From the NCBI GenBank assembly GCA_965203055.1, contig OZ241863.1, positions 2,848,001-2,912,000 of the forward strand: a DNA stretch of 64,000 bases, in the 5' to 3' direction. Source of the DNA: Spirochaetia bacterium (GTDB lineage: Bacteria; Spirochaetota; Spirochaetia; SZUA-6; Bin103). Below the pieces are notes generated by a model, which made no database searches, was not told the origin of the DNA, and saw nothing but the letters and a program-made list of their open reading frames with translations. Each line of letters opens with the position of its first letter. Position 1 is the first letter of the stretch. The translations under genes and the position numbers were made by a program. Below are positions 38,693 through 48,143 of this stretch, piece by piece.

Positions 38693-39357
38693 TCCTCGAG
38701 ACCGCTACGCCGCTGCCGGATCACCTGTGGCGGTTCCCCTGCATGCGGCCCTGGATCGGCAGCCGGTATCGGGACGAGCGCCACAAGCGGCTGCTGGTGA
38801 TCGGCGAGAGCCACTATCTGCCGTCCGACTCCACCATCCACCGCGATCCCGGCCGCTGGTACCGGAGCCGGCAGGAGGAGCTGAGCGGCGAGGAAGTCAG
38901 ATGGGCGTCCACGGCCGGCAACATCACCGGACGATGGTACCGGGCGCACCGCATCTACCGCGCGATTCAGGACGAGATCGCTGGGATGCTGCGGGAGAGC
39001 GGAGTGACGCCGGACGAGTTTCCGCTCAACCACGTCGCGTACTGCAACTACTTCCTGCGGCCCGCGCCGGTGACCGGCGGCAGCATGGAAGGCAACGCCG
39101 TGCCGCAGGACTTTCAGGTGGCCGCGGCGGTGCTCCGCTGGTTCATCGGGCGCCACCGGCCTGAACTGGTGATCGCGACCTCCCGCTTCGCCGGCCGCTA
39201 CGCCGGCGAAGTCACCCGGGAGCACCATCTGCCGTGCGCCAGCACGCCGCATCCGGGTACCCGCTGGTGGAACGCGGTATCCCGCAGCTACGGCGACGTC
39301 AGGGGCCGCGACCTGTTCCGCAACTTTCTGAAAGAGCAGCGCTGGGCATTCCGGTGA
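38677..39357 (+). CDS. Uracil-DNA glycosylase-like fold hypothetical protein
   Basis: PWIGSRY...LLVIGESHY, AYCNYF, RPELVI, PHPG, matching the UDG superfamily motif order. Confidence 0.55.
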   Translation: MERSLILETATPLPDHLWRFPCMRPWIGSRYRDERHKRLLVIGESHYLPSDSTIHRDPGRWYRSRQEELSGEEVRWASTAGNITGRWYRAHRIYRAIQDEIAGMLRESGVTPDEFPLNHVAYCNYFLRPAPVTGGSMEGNAVPQDFQVAAAVLRWFIGRHRPELVIATSRFAGRYAGEVTREHHLPCASTPHPGTRWWNAVSRSYGDVRGRDLFRNFLKEQRWAFR

Positions 39358-39368
39358 CGCGATGAAAC

Positions 39369-40958
39369 CTACATTCCCCACACCGTGATCGGCGCGCCGG
39401 CGTCGGCGGGCTCGCGGCGGAACAGCTTCTGCTCCCACGACTTGTCCTCGCTGCGGTCGAAGATCACCAAGTGCCCCTCGCCGGCGCCGCAGCGGTCCAG
39501 GTAGGCGCGGGTCTGGGCGAGCCCGTCGCGGATGGTCTGCTCCAGGCTGCGGTGCAGCAGCTTGCACTCGATCACCATCCGGCGGGTGCGGCCGGGCGGC
39601 GCCGCGGCCGGCCAGACGATCAGCAGGTCGGTGCGCATCCGGCCCAGGCCGTACTCGCGTTCGATGCGCCCGCCACTGTTGACGATGCGCTGCAGGAACG
39701 CCTGCAGCAGCAACTGCGGGCCGGCTTCCCGGTATTGAAAACGCTCGATCCAGTGTTCGGAGTGTTCGCGAAAGAACTCCCGGAACGCGGCCAGCAGCGC
39801 GGTGAGCCGCAGGTTGCCCGCCGCGTCCACGTACCAGGCCGGGTCGTGCGTGAAGGTCGCCTGCGTGGTCCAGGTGAGATCGCGCGGGATCACCTCGTGG
39901 TAGATCGGGTTGGCGATGCGGACCGGATCGTCCCGCGCCGCCAGGCCCAGGTCGCGCACGTACTGCAGGTCGTCAGGCCGCATCTCGGTGGTAGCCTGTC
40001 CGCTCAGCAGCGGGGCGATCACCCGGTGCACGCGCTCTTCCTGCAGCTTGTCGGCAAGCTGGTCCAGGTGGGTGTCGCGCCGCAGGATGAGCTGCTCGCG
40101 CGCGGCGTGGACGGCGTCCGCGGTGAGCGGGCGGCTGCGGTCGCGGCCGGCCTCGTCGCGTTCGCACGCTTGGCGAGCCAGGGCGTTCACCAGCCACGGC
40201 TGGCCGGCGGTCAGCTCGCAGACCGTCTCCAGGGCGTCGTCGGTCCACGGCTGGCCGGTCTCCGCGGTGTGCTGGCCGAGCAAGGCGCGCACTTCGGTTG
40301 CCGAGAAGTCGCCCAACCGCAGCGACTCGGCCTTGATGTTGAAGGCGCTGCCGCCGGTGACGACGGCGTTCTCCCTGGTCGAACGGATGCGGTAGTCGCG
40401 CACGTCGCGCACCCCGCACAGGATCACGCTCTGCGGGAACCCCTCCGGCCGTTCGTCGTAGCCGGCGCGAAGCTGGCGCAGCACCGACAGCAGCGTGTCG
40501 CCGACCAGCGCGTCGATTTCGTCGATCAGCAGCACCAGCGGCCTGGCGTCGGACTCGGCCCAGCGGGCCAGCAGCTCCTGCAGGGCGTCGTGCGGCCCGG
40601 CGGTTTCCAACACTTCCCGACGGATCGTTTCCGGAAAGCGGTCGTTCAGGGTCCGGCGTGCCCGGCGAGCGATTGCATTGAGGATCGCGCGCATTCCCGC
40701 GGCCACGTCGTCACCCGCCGCCTGGCCGGCCTCGACGTTGACGTAGACGCAACGGCAGTCGCCCGCGGCGCCGCCGTTCAGCAGGTCGCGCAGCGCCAGC
40801 AGGGCCGAGGTCTTGCCGGTCTGGCGCGGCGCGTGCAGCACGAAGTAGCGCTTCTGCCGAACGAGGGTGAGCAACTCGCCCTCATCGATGCGGCTCAGCG
40901 GCGGGATGCAGTAATGGTCCTCCGGCCGCATCGGACCGGCGGTGTTGAAGAACCGCAT
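39369..40958 (-). CDS. AAA-like ATPase with C-terminal PD-(D/E)XK-like domain, copy B
   Basis: Same length (1590 nt) and largely identical to 35166-36755. Confidence 0.88.
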   Translation of the reverse strand: MRFFNTAGPMRPEDHYCIPPLSRIDEGELLTLVRQKRYFVLHAPRQTGKTSALLALRDLLNGGAAGDCRCVYVNVEAGQAAGDDVAAGMRAILNAIARRARRTLNDRFPETIRREVLETAGPHDALQELLARWAESDARPLVLLIDEIDALVGDTLLSVLRQLRAGYDERPEGFPQSVILCGVRDVRDYRIRSTRENAVVTGGSAFNIKAESLRLGDFSATEVRALLGQHTAETGQPWTDDALETVCELTAGQPWLVNALARQACERDEAGRDRSRPLTADAVHAAREQLILRRDTHLDQLADKLQEERVHRVIAPLLSGQATTEMRPDDLQYVRDLGLAARDDPVRIANPIYHEVIPRDLTWTTQATFTHDPAWYVDAAGNLRLTALLAAFREFFREHSEHWIERFQYREAGPQLLLQAFLQRIVNSGGRIEREYGLGRMRTDLLIVWPAAAPPGRTRRMVIECKLLHRSLEQTIRDGLAQTRAYLDRCGAGEGHLVIFDRSEDKSWEQKLFRREPADAGAPITVWGM

Positions 40959-40984
40959 CAGCCCAGTGGGCGGCAGCCGGCTGC

Positions 40985-41758
40985 TCAAACCCATCGCCGA
41001 TCCTGGTCCAGCACACGCTCGCCGTAATCTCCGAACCAGGACCGAATGGTGGTGAAGAATGGGGGCAGTGGACTGGCGCCGCCGAGGAGGAGCTCGCTAC
41101 GGGCCGCCGCCTCCATCACGTCAGGATCATTGATATGCTCCTGCCATTTCCGATCGAGGACATTCCAGCGCTTCTCACGCGCCCGCCGCAGACGCTCGAC
41201 GTTCAAGCCCAGGACCTCAATGGTCCGGGCTACCATGCAGGCGTCGAATCCGCGAAGGGCGCAGGCTTGTCCGTCGGCCTTGATCTTTCCTTCGCTAGTT
41301 ACCGTGGTGACCGAGGGCAGCGCGGGCAGCGTCCTGGGGTCGACCGGAATACTGGCTTCACCCTTCTTCTGCCCACAACTGAGATTGTGCTTCACCGGCG
41401 GTAGAAAGCGGTCGTCGTCGCCGGCGGCATCCGGACCGTAACGATTCTTCGCTGAGCCTCCGAGGCAACAGGCGATCATGTTGCCGGCGTTGAGAGCCTC
41501 CGTAGAGCCTTGGGCGGGATCGCTTCGCGGAATCACGTGCTCGACCTGCCGGTCCAATTCCTTGAGGTCGATTTCACAATAGCCGCAGAGCCCATGCTGG
41601 AGCCGGGCAATAGCATCGACGAGCTCGTGATGGGCCGAGACTCCTGAGTGGTTGCGGTGATCGCGGAATCCCTCCCAACTCGCTTCGCCGTCCGGACATT
41701 GGCGCAGGTAGGCGGCAAGACCCGAAGTGGGGTCGCATAACTTCCGGATGCGCTTCAC
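40985..41758 (-). CDS. HNH endonuclease (TIGR02646/PtuB-like)
   Basis: QHGLCGYCE, VEHVIPRS, NMIACC, SCGQKKG, TIEVLGLN..L...R; 4-nt overlap with the upstream ATPase. Confidence 0.85.
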   Translation of the reverse strand: MKRIRKLCDPTSGLAAYLRQCPDGEASWEGFRDHRNHSGVSAHHELVDAIARLQHGLCGYCEIDLKELDRQVEHVIPRSDPAQGSTEALNAGNMIACCLGGSAKNRYGPDAAGDDDRFLPPVKHNLSCGQKKGEASIPVDPRTLPALPSVTTVTSEGKIKADGQACALRGFDACMVARTIEVLGLNVERLRRAREKRWNVLDRKWQEHINDPDVMEAAARSELLLGGASPLPPFFTTIRSWFGDYGERVLDQDRRWV

Positions 41759-43041
41759 AGGCGCTTGCCCAAACTCTTCAGCACCGTGCGTCGTCTGATT
41801 TCCATGTCGGCTTCATTCATTGCGTGGTCATACGGCGAGATGCGGTCCAGTTCCGATCTTAGGCTTCGAGCTTCTTCGGATTCGCCTTCGCCATCGGCGA
41901 CAAGGCTCCGGTAGAGATCGAGCTTCTTGACGAACTCGTTGTCCTTGGGGCGGTTCGGCACGCCCATCACCAAAGCTAGAACGTCTCCCGCTTCGGCGCC
42001 GTACGTGGCGATTCCTCCGATATATCCGGGGATCACATCGCCATTCTCCCGGCTGAGTTCCACGATTCGTTCCGGTTTGACGGAGGTCAGCACCTGGGGG
42101 CTGTGCGTGGATACGAGGAACTGGGTATTCGGAAACGTGCGCAACAGGTCGTCCAGGACACGCTGTTGCCACGCGGGGTGCAAGTGAAGGTCGATTTCGT
42201 CGATCAGCACGATCGCCTCGCAAGCGCACGGGGCGGCACGGTGCGGGTTGCCCTGGGCCATGCGCCGCGCGAGGTCCGCCGCGAGTGCCAGCACCACTCG
42301 ATAGCCGCCGCCCATCTGGTCGAGCGTGAGTTCCTCCCGCCCCCCGGACTTCGCATCTAGCGACACGACGAAACGGAGCGGACCGAATTCGATCCGCGGC
42401 TGAGATGCCCCCGGAATCATGGAAGTGATCGCCGTGCGGACGGCCTCCAGCTCGATCGATACCGCCTTCGGGTCGCGTTTCTGGTCCCTGAGCTCCTCGT
42501 CCTCCTTGGCCTTGAACCATTCGAAGAACTGACGGAAGTCGATACCGGCGGAAAGCGCTCCCGCCAAAGCGGCGTAGCGTGATCTCTCGCGGTATCCGCT
42601 GCGTCGTTGAGGAACGCTGAACGCCGCCCGGTCCGCGCCGTAGAACGCGACGATCGGCAGGTCGATATCCTCACCCTGTTCGTCCGCGCTGACGATGCCC
42701 TCCATCTTCTCGCGCAGCGATCGAACGCCGACGGGCTTGGGGTGGTTCGTCCGGTTCGATGGTACTGGTCCTCTATGGCGTTCCCAGACGGTGCCGCCAG
42801 TCGTTTCCAGCGCTACCCGCACGTAGCGGGCTGATCGTCGTTTATCCGTACCGAGAAACCCGATACCTGGAACCTCAGGCAGCAGAGTAGGCACGGCGCC
42901 GAGGCCGACGGCGATTGCATTCAAGACGCTCGTCTTTCCCTGCGCGTTGTCGCCGTGAAACACCGTCAGCCTCGGGTCGAGGGGCAGCTTGAGATGTTTC
43001 ACTGCGCGATAGTTGTCGATCTCTACCGAGCGCAGCCTCAT
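41755..43041 (-). CDS. ABC-type AAA ATPase (PtuA/Septu-like)
   Basis: GDNAQGKTS, LDQMGGGYR, LIDEIDLHLHPAWQQ, STHSP. Confidence 0.88.
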   Translation of the reverse strand: MRLRSVEIDNYRAVKHLKLPLDPRLTVFHGDNAQGKTSVLNAIAVGLGAVPTLLPEVPGIGFLGTDKRRSARYVRVALETTGGTVWERHRGPVPSNRTNHPKPVGVRSLREKMEGIVSADEQGEDIDLPIVAFYGADRAAFSVPQRRSGYRERSRYAALAGALSAGIDFRQFFEWFKAKEDEELRDQKRDPKAVSIELEAVRTAITSMIPGASQPRIEFGPLRFVVSLDAKSGGREELTLDQMGGGYRVVLALAADLARRMAQGNPHRAAPCACEAIVLIDEIDLHLHPAWQQRVLDDLLRTFPNTQFLVSTHSPQVLTSVKPERIVELSRENGDVIPGYIGGIATYGAEAGDVLALVMGVPNRPKDNEFVKKLDLYRSLVADGEGESEEARSLRSELDRISPYDHAMNEADMEIRRRTVLKSLGKRL

Positions 43042-43050
43042 ACGGATAGG

Positions 43051-43614
43051 TTATTCGGCTGGCGGCGGGGCGAGTTGTTGGAGCTGGCGGAGCTGTTGGA
43101 GTTGGTCGAGTATCTCCTGGGCGGAAGCGCGGTCGCTGGTGCGGCGGCCGACGTGGGACCAGCGCACCACGCCGCCGGTGTCGATGACGAAGGTGGCGGG
43201 GGCCGCGAGGCCGTCGCCGAGCAGGTCGTAGACGCCGTACTCGCGCACCACGTCAGCGGCGCTGTCGTAGAGAATGGGGAAGGGTATTCCGACGCGGGCG
43301 ACGATCGCCTTGGCGCCCGAAAGATCGTCGGTGCTGATGGCCAGCACCTCGGCGTCCAGTGCGCGAATCTGTTCGTACTGGTCAGTCAGCTCGACCAGCT
43401 GACGGCGGCAGTGTACTCACCAGAAGGCGCGGTAGAAGACCAGCACCACGGGGCCTTCTTCCAGGGCGGCGGAGAGGGAATGGGTCCCGCCTGCGGCGCC
43501 GGGCAGCTCGAAGCCGGGCGCCGCGACTCCTGCCGCGGGGGTGACCGCAGTCACCATGGCCGGCGCGCCGGCGGCCAGCGCCATTGCCAGCAGCACGTGT
43601 CGGAGGCTGCCCAT
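43051..43614 (-). CDS. Selenocysteine-containing peroxiredoxin-like (AhpC/TSA) protein, UxxC
   Basis: Two ORF-track pieces are in frame across TGA 43417-43419: APGFELP...VVLVFYRAFW-U-VHCRRQL...VLAISTD...FPILYD...PATFVID..GVVRW. Confidence 0.85.
43385..43403 (-). promoter_or_regulatory. Bacterial SECIS-like hairpin
   Basis: GTCAGCT-GGTCG-AGCTGAC, a perfect 7-bp stem starting 13 nt after the UGA; the loop begins with GG. Confidence 0.7.
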
Positions 43615-43722
43615 CACCGACAGTGTACCGCTACGTTCGGTGCGCCGGCAAGGAGCCTGCGGCCGGGTCGGCCGGGTCGGCCGCAGGCTCGCCAACCGCC
43701 CCGGCCAACCGCCCCGGCGCGC

Positions 43723-44817
43723 TCACGAGTCCCCGCCGCCGGGGTCCGCGCCGCGGGTGAGCCACTCCAGGTTGAAGCGGGCCAGGGACAGGCGTTCGTA
43801 GGGATCGCCGCCGGTCCCGGCTTCGTACAGGCAGCAGATCATCCCGTCGCCGGCAACGCACAGATCGGAGTAGGCCGCGGCGCCCTCGTGCAGCACCCGC
43901 GCCAGCGGCCAACTGCGGCAGCCGTCATAGCTGAGGCGCACGGTCATGCGGCGCCGGGCGGCGCGCGCCGCCGGATTGCTGAACAGTATCCGCTGGCGCC
44001 CGTCAGCGCCGGGATAGCGGCACGCGCTTGCCTGACAGATCGGCTCCGTCAGCGCCGCGTCCCGCACGATGGGGGCGAACGTCTCGCCGCCGTCGCCGCT
44101 CCACGCCACCGCCCGATGCCCGCCTCCCGCGCCGCGCAGGGTGCCCTTGTTGCGGCAGTTGAGGCACAGCCAGCCGTCGTCGGTCTGCACCGCGGTCGAC
44201 TCGTTGGTGCCCTCGCCGGCGCGGCCGCCGATGTTCCAGGTGGCGCCATGGTCGTCGGAGTAGATGACGTGGGAGTGACAGGGGTCATGCGCTTCGTAGT
44301 GGCGCGCGACGACGTGATCGCAGGGAATGAGAAGGCGGCCCGAGGCGAGCTGAATGCCGTGGCCGGGACCGGTGGCGTACCAGGTCCAGTCCGGTTGCTT
44401 GACCTGCGCGGTGATCTCGGCAGGCTCCGCCCAGGTGGCGCCGTCGTCGCGGCTGACGGTGACCCAGACGGTACGCGGCGCCTGTCCGCGGCAGATCATG
44501 CGTTCGTCGCCGTCGCGGCGGTTCTTGCAGAACAGCAGCCAGATGCTGCCGCTGTCGCGGTCCACCACCGGCGCGGGGTTGCCGCACACCCAGTCGGGCT
44601 GCGTCGCCACCAGTTGCGGCGCGGCGAAGGTCTTGCCGTGATCGCCGCTGCGCCGCACCAGCAGGTCGATCTGATCCGAGTCCTGGCCGGTGTACTTGCG
44701 CGCCTCGCAGAAGGCGAACACGGTGCCGGCCATGGTCACGGCAAGGGCCGGAATGCGGTAGCGGAAGTACCCGTCACGGCCGCTGGTCCAGAGGTGCTGG
44801 GTGTCGAGTCGCTGCAT
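43723..44817 (-). CDS. Sialidase family protein (GH33-like)
   Basis: YRIP motif; Asp boxes SGDHGKTF, SRDDGATW, SDDHGATW, SGDGGETF, SYDGCRSW; AYSDL. Confidence 0.92.
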   Translation of the reverse strand: MQRLDTQHLWTSGRDGYFRYRIPALAVTMAGTVFAFCEARKYTGQDSDQIDLLVRRSGDHGKTFAAPQLVATQPDWVCGNPAPVVDRDSGSIWLLFCKNRRDGDERMICRGQAPRTVWVTVSRDDGATWAEPAEITAQVKQPDWTWYATGPGHGIQLASGRLLIPCDHVVARHYEAHDPCHSHVIYSDDHGATWNIGGRAGEGTNESTAVQTDDGWLCLNCRNKGTLRGAGGGHRAVAWSGDGGETFAPIVRDAALTEPICQASACRYPGADGRQRILFSNPAARAARRRMTVRLSYDGCRSWPLARVLHEGAAAYSDLCVAGDGMICCLYEAGTGGDPYERLSLARFNLEWLTRGADPGGGDS

Positions 44818-44949
44818 GCCGTGCGATTATGCCACCGGCGCCGGCGCCCGCCAAACCGCCGCCGGCGCGGCGCGGCCGGGTCGACAGGAGCGCGGCCGCG
44901 GCGCACAATCGCCGGCGGGCACCATCAGCCTCGAAAGGAGCTACCGTAC

Positions 44950-45312
44950 ATGGAGCGAACGATCTATCCGGGCGGCGAGAGTCTCGCCGCCCGCCAGCAG
45001 GAGAGCTGGGGCGCGCTGCGCTGGCTCGCCAACGCCGCCATCGGCAACGCCGACGGGCTGACCCTCGGCCACGTCGTCATCAAGGCCGGCACCGCCAACC
45101 CGCGCCACTGCCACCGCACCTGCGAAGAGGTGCTCTACCTGCTGCGCGGCACCCTGACCCATACGCTCGGCGACGAGTCGTTCGCCATGCAGCCGGGCGA
45201 TACCATCTCGGTCCCCGCCGGTGTGTTCCACAACGGCATCAACCGCGGCGCGGAGGATGCCGAGATGATCATCGCCTACTCCACCGCCAAGCGCGACTTC
45301 GTGCTGGAGTAG
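44950..45312 (+). CDS. Cupin domain protein
   Basis: HCHRTCEEVLY..G...GD...VPAGVFH; RBS AAGGAG. Confidence 0.88.
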   Translation: MERTIYPGGESLAARQQESWGALRWLANAAIGNADGLTLGHVVIKAGTANPRHCHRTCEEVLYLLRGTLTHTLGDESFAMQPGDTISVPAGVFHNGINRGAEDAEMIIAYSTAKRDFVLE

Positions 45313-45354
45313 CCGGAGCGCGCCGCCGGCAGCCCTGCCGGAGGGCCGGCGGCG

Positions 45355-46194
45355 CTACCGGGGCGCCAGCGGAGCGGACTTGAACGCCCGCACTTGGCCG
45401 CTGATGGCGCGTTCAGTGGGCAGCCGCTCGATGGAGGAGGCACCGAAGAACCCGTCGATGCCGGGCATGCGCGCCAATGCTTCGGTAACGGTCTCCGGTT
45501 CATCGAACGGACCGCCGTGGCAGATCACCAGCAGGTCGCCGCGTACCCGGCGCCCGGCGGCGGCGATGGCCAGGACCCTCTCGATCGCCTGCTCCAGGGT
45601 CAGGGCGACGCCCGCACCGATGCTGCCGGAGGTGGTCAACCCGACGTGCGCGACGAGCTGGTCGGCCCCCGCGCGCGCCATTGCCGCGGCCTGCTCCGCG
45701 TCGAACACGTAGGGGGAGGTGAACAGATCGAGCTCGTGCGCCAGCCGGATCGCCTCGATCTCCTTGTCGTATCCCATCCCGGTCGCTTCCAGGTTGAGCC
45801 GGAACTCGCCGTCGATGAGCCCGACGGTCGGAAAGTTCTGGATGCCGGAGAAGCCGATCTCCTTGATCTGCCGCAGGAACACCGGCAGCAGGCGGAACGG
45901 ATCGGTGCCGCACACCCCGGCCAGCACCGGCGTGTCCTTGACCACCGGCAGCACCTCGGCGGCCATTTCCACCACGATGCCGTTGGCGTCGCCGTACGGC
46001 ATCATGCCGGCCAGCGAGCCGCGCCCGGCCATGCGGTAGCGGCCCGAGTTGTAGATGATGATCAGGTCGGCGCCGCCGGCCTCGGCGAGCTTGGCCGAGA
46101 TTCCGGTGCCTGCGCCGCAACCCACCACCGGGGTGCCGGCCGCCGCCTGGGAGCGCAGGCGGCGCAGAATCTCCGAGCGCGGAATACCGGTCAT
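45355..46194 (-). CDS. Phosphoenolpyruvate hydrolase-like TIM-barrel protein
   Basis: [46 protein letters not shown]. Confidence 0.92.
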   Translation of the reverse strand: MTGIPRSEILRRLRSQAAAGTPVVGCGAGTGISAKLAEAGGADLIIIYNSGRYRMAGRGSLAGMMPYGDANGIVVEMAAEVLPVVKDTPVLAGVCGTDPFRLLPVFLRQIKEIGFSGIQNFPTVGLIDGEFRLNLEATGMGYDKEIEAIRLAHELDLFTSPYVFDAEQAAAMARAGADQLVAHVGLTTSGSIGAGVALTLEQAIERVLAIAAAGRRVRGDLLVICHGGPFDEPETVTEALARMPGIDGFFGASSIERLPTERAISGQVRAFKSAPLAPR

Positions 46195-47405
46195 TGCAGC
46201 ATCTCCAACAGCAGCCCGGCCACCCGCCCCGAAAACTCCGGGTCGTTGATATTGTGGTCATCTTCCAGCAGGGGGATGCCGGCGCGGAGGTTGGCGCGGA
46301 TCGCCTCGAAGCAGGCGCGGTCGGCCGCCGGGTCCCAGAACCGCTCGCCCTTGCTGTCCAGCATCGACACGCCGCCGAGGGGCACCACCACGGCTACCGC
46401 GGCGGTTGCCGCGTTCACCGCCGCGGCGATCATCTCGCCGATGCGCCGATTTTCCTCGACGTTGGTGCGCAGCAGGGTCACGTCCGGGTTCCACTCATAC
46501 AACAGCCGGCCGCGGTAGCGTTCCGGCACCGTGTCCGGCCCGCCGAAGTTGGCCATGTCCACGCAGCCCGGCACCACCACCGCGGGCACGCCGGCGCGCG
46601 ACGCGGCCAGGCAGCGTTCCGGTCCGGCGTCGAACACGCCGCCGCACACCGTGTCCGCCAATTCGGTAGTGGTCAGGTCCAGGCTGCCGCTGATATAGCC
46701 GTCGGCGATCAACCCCTCCATGGTCCGTCCGCCGCTGCCGGTGGCATGGAACACCAGCACCTCGTAGCCGGCCGCTTCGAGGAGGCCGCGCGCGTGCTCC
46801 ACCGCGGTGGTCGTGTTGCCGAACATCGATGCCGTGAGCAGCGGGCGCTCGTTGGCCGCGGGCGCGGCGCCCGCGCGGGTGCGCACCATCCCGGCGATGG
46901 CGCCGGCGGCGTTGGCGTAGATGGCGCGGCTGATGCGGTTGATGCCGGCCACGTCCACCACCGACGGCATGAAGGTGACGTCCTTGGTGCCGGCGAAGGC
47001 GCTCACGTCGCCGCCGCCGACCGTGGACACCATCATCTTCGGCACCCCCACCGGCAGCTCGCGCATCGCCGCGGTGGCCAGCGAGGTGCCGCCGCTGCCG
47101 CCCATGCCGATGATGCCGTCCAGGCGCCCCTCGCCGTGCAGCCGGCTCACCACCGCGGCCAGCCCGCGCGCCATCGTGGCCATCGCCTCGTCCTTGTGCC
47201 CGCCCGAGGCAAGGTGCGCCAAGTCCCCGCCGCCGGCAGCGCACACCTCCTCGCGGGCGACGTCGGCGGCCAAGGCCGGCTTGCCCATCACCCCGAAGTC
47301 CACCACCAGCGTCGCCAGCCCCGCTCCCTCGATCAGTTCCTTGACGAAGGCGAAGTCAGCCCCCTTGGTGTCCAGCGCTCCGGCCAGCACCACCGTATCA
47401 GCCAT
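46191..47405 (-). CDS. Tm-1-like ATP-binding domain protein (UPF0261)
   Basis: [44 protein letters not shown]. Confidence 0.92.
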   Translation of the reverse strand: MADTVVLAGALDTKGADFAFVKELIEGAGLATLVVDFGVMGKPALAADVAREEVCAAGGGDLAHLASGGHKDEAMATMARGLAAVVSRLHGEGRLDGIIGMGGSGGTSLATAAMRELPVGVPKMMVSTVGGGDVSAFAGTKDVTFMPSVVDVAGINRISRAIYANAAGAIAGMVRTRAGAAPAANERPLLTASMFGNTTTAVEHARGLLEAAGYEVLVFHATGSGGRTMEGLIADGYISGSLDLTTTELADTVCGGVFDAGPERCLAASRAGVPAVVVPGCVDMANFGGPDTVPERYRGRLLYEWNPDVTLLRTNVEENRRIGEMIAAAVNAATAAVAVVVPLGGVSMLDSKGERFWDPAADRACFEAIRANLRAGIPLLEDDHNINDPEFSGRVAGLLLEMLQ

Positions 47406-47471
47406 TTCAGTTCCTCCCTCGTTCACCCAACCGCAAATCGCGCATTCGGGCAAGTGCGTCCGCCGCGGCGG

Positions 47472-48143
47472 TCAGGGCTCAGGCTGCTCGTAGCCCATCA
47501 GGCGCATGATCCGCGCCACGTAGCCGCTGGTCTCCTCCGGAGCGTACGGCGTGACCTGCGCCCACACGGCGCACTGCGCAGCGCAGCGTTCCTGCGCCCG
47601 CAGCATCCGGCTGCGGCCGCCGTTGTAGCTGGCGAAGGTGAATGCCAGCCGCTCCCGGTGCTGCGGGATGTCGTTCCACAGGTCGTACAGGTAGCGGTCG
47701 TAGAACACGCCGGCGGCGATGTTCTGGCCCGGGTCGTCGTCGTCGAGCAGCGCGAGCGAGGACTTCTCGGCGATCTCCTTGAGAGTGGCCGGCATGATCT
47801 GCATGATGCCCTTGGCGCCCACCCAACTGGTCGCGTCCTCCTGCAGCCCGGACTCGGCGATGCCCTGCGCCTTGAACCAGCGCCAGTCGAAGCCGGCGCC
47901 GAAGAACCGCTTCGAGTACTTGCGAAAGTGGTGATCGTACTGCGAGGTCCACTGGCGGTGCTCCACCGGCATTCTGCCCGGCAGCGCGTCCGCGGAGGGC
48001 AGGTCGCTGTCCGCGGCGGGCGCCGGCTCCGCCGCGGCAACCGCCGGATCTGGAGCGGCCGGCGCGCAGCCCAGGGCGGCGAGGAGCGCGGCGGCCGCCC
48101 CCAGCGCCGCCGCGCACCGGCCGCGGCGCGCCGCGGCGCTCAA
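47472..48143 (-). CDS. Lytic transglycosylase (SLT domain) lipoprotein
   Basis: Lipobox-like ALGC; AES, GIMQIMP, SYNGG, ETSGYV. Confidence 0.88.
   Translation of the reverse strand: MSAAARRGRCAAALGAAAALLAALGCAPAAPDPAVAAAEPAPAADSDLPSADALPGRMPVEHRQWTSQYDHHFRKYSKRFFGAGFDWRWFKAQGIAESGLQEDATSWVGAKGIMQIMPATLKEIAEKSSLALLDDDDPGQNIAAGVFYDRYLYDLWNDIPQHRERLAFTFASYNGGRSRMLRAQERCAAQCAVWAQVTPYAPEETSGYVARIMRLMGYEQPEP

Noticed and set aside
35166..40958. Diversity-generating retroelement TR/VR pair or IS-bounded composite transposon
   Set aside because: Differences are not evidently adenine-specific; no RT, transposase or terminal inverted repeats; both repeats are full genes.
40985..43050. Retron (Ec78-like)
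   Set aside because: No reverse transcriptase, and no intergenic room for msr-msd.
43051..43695. Two separate small ORFs or a nonsense pseudogene
   Set aside because: The stop is UGA at the redox Cys position with a SECIS-like hairpin, better explained as selenocysteine.
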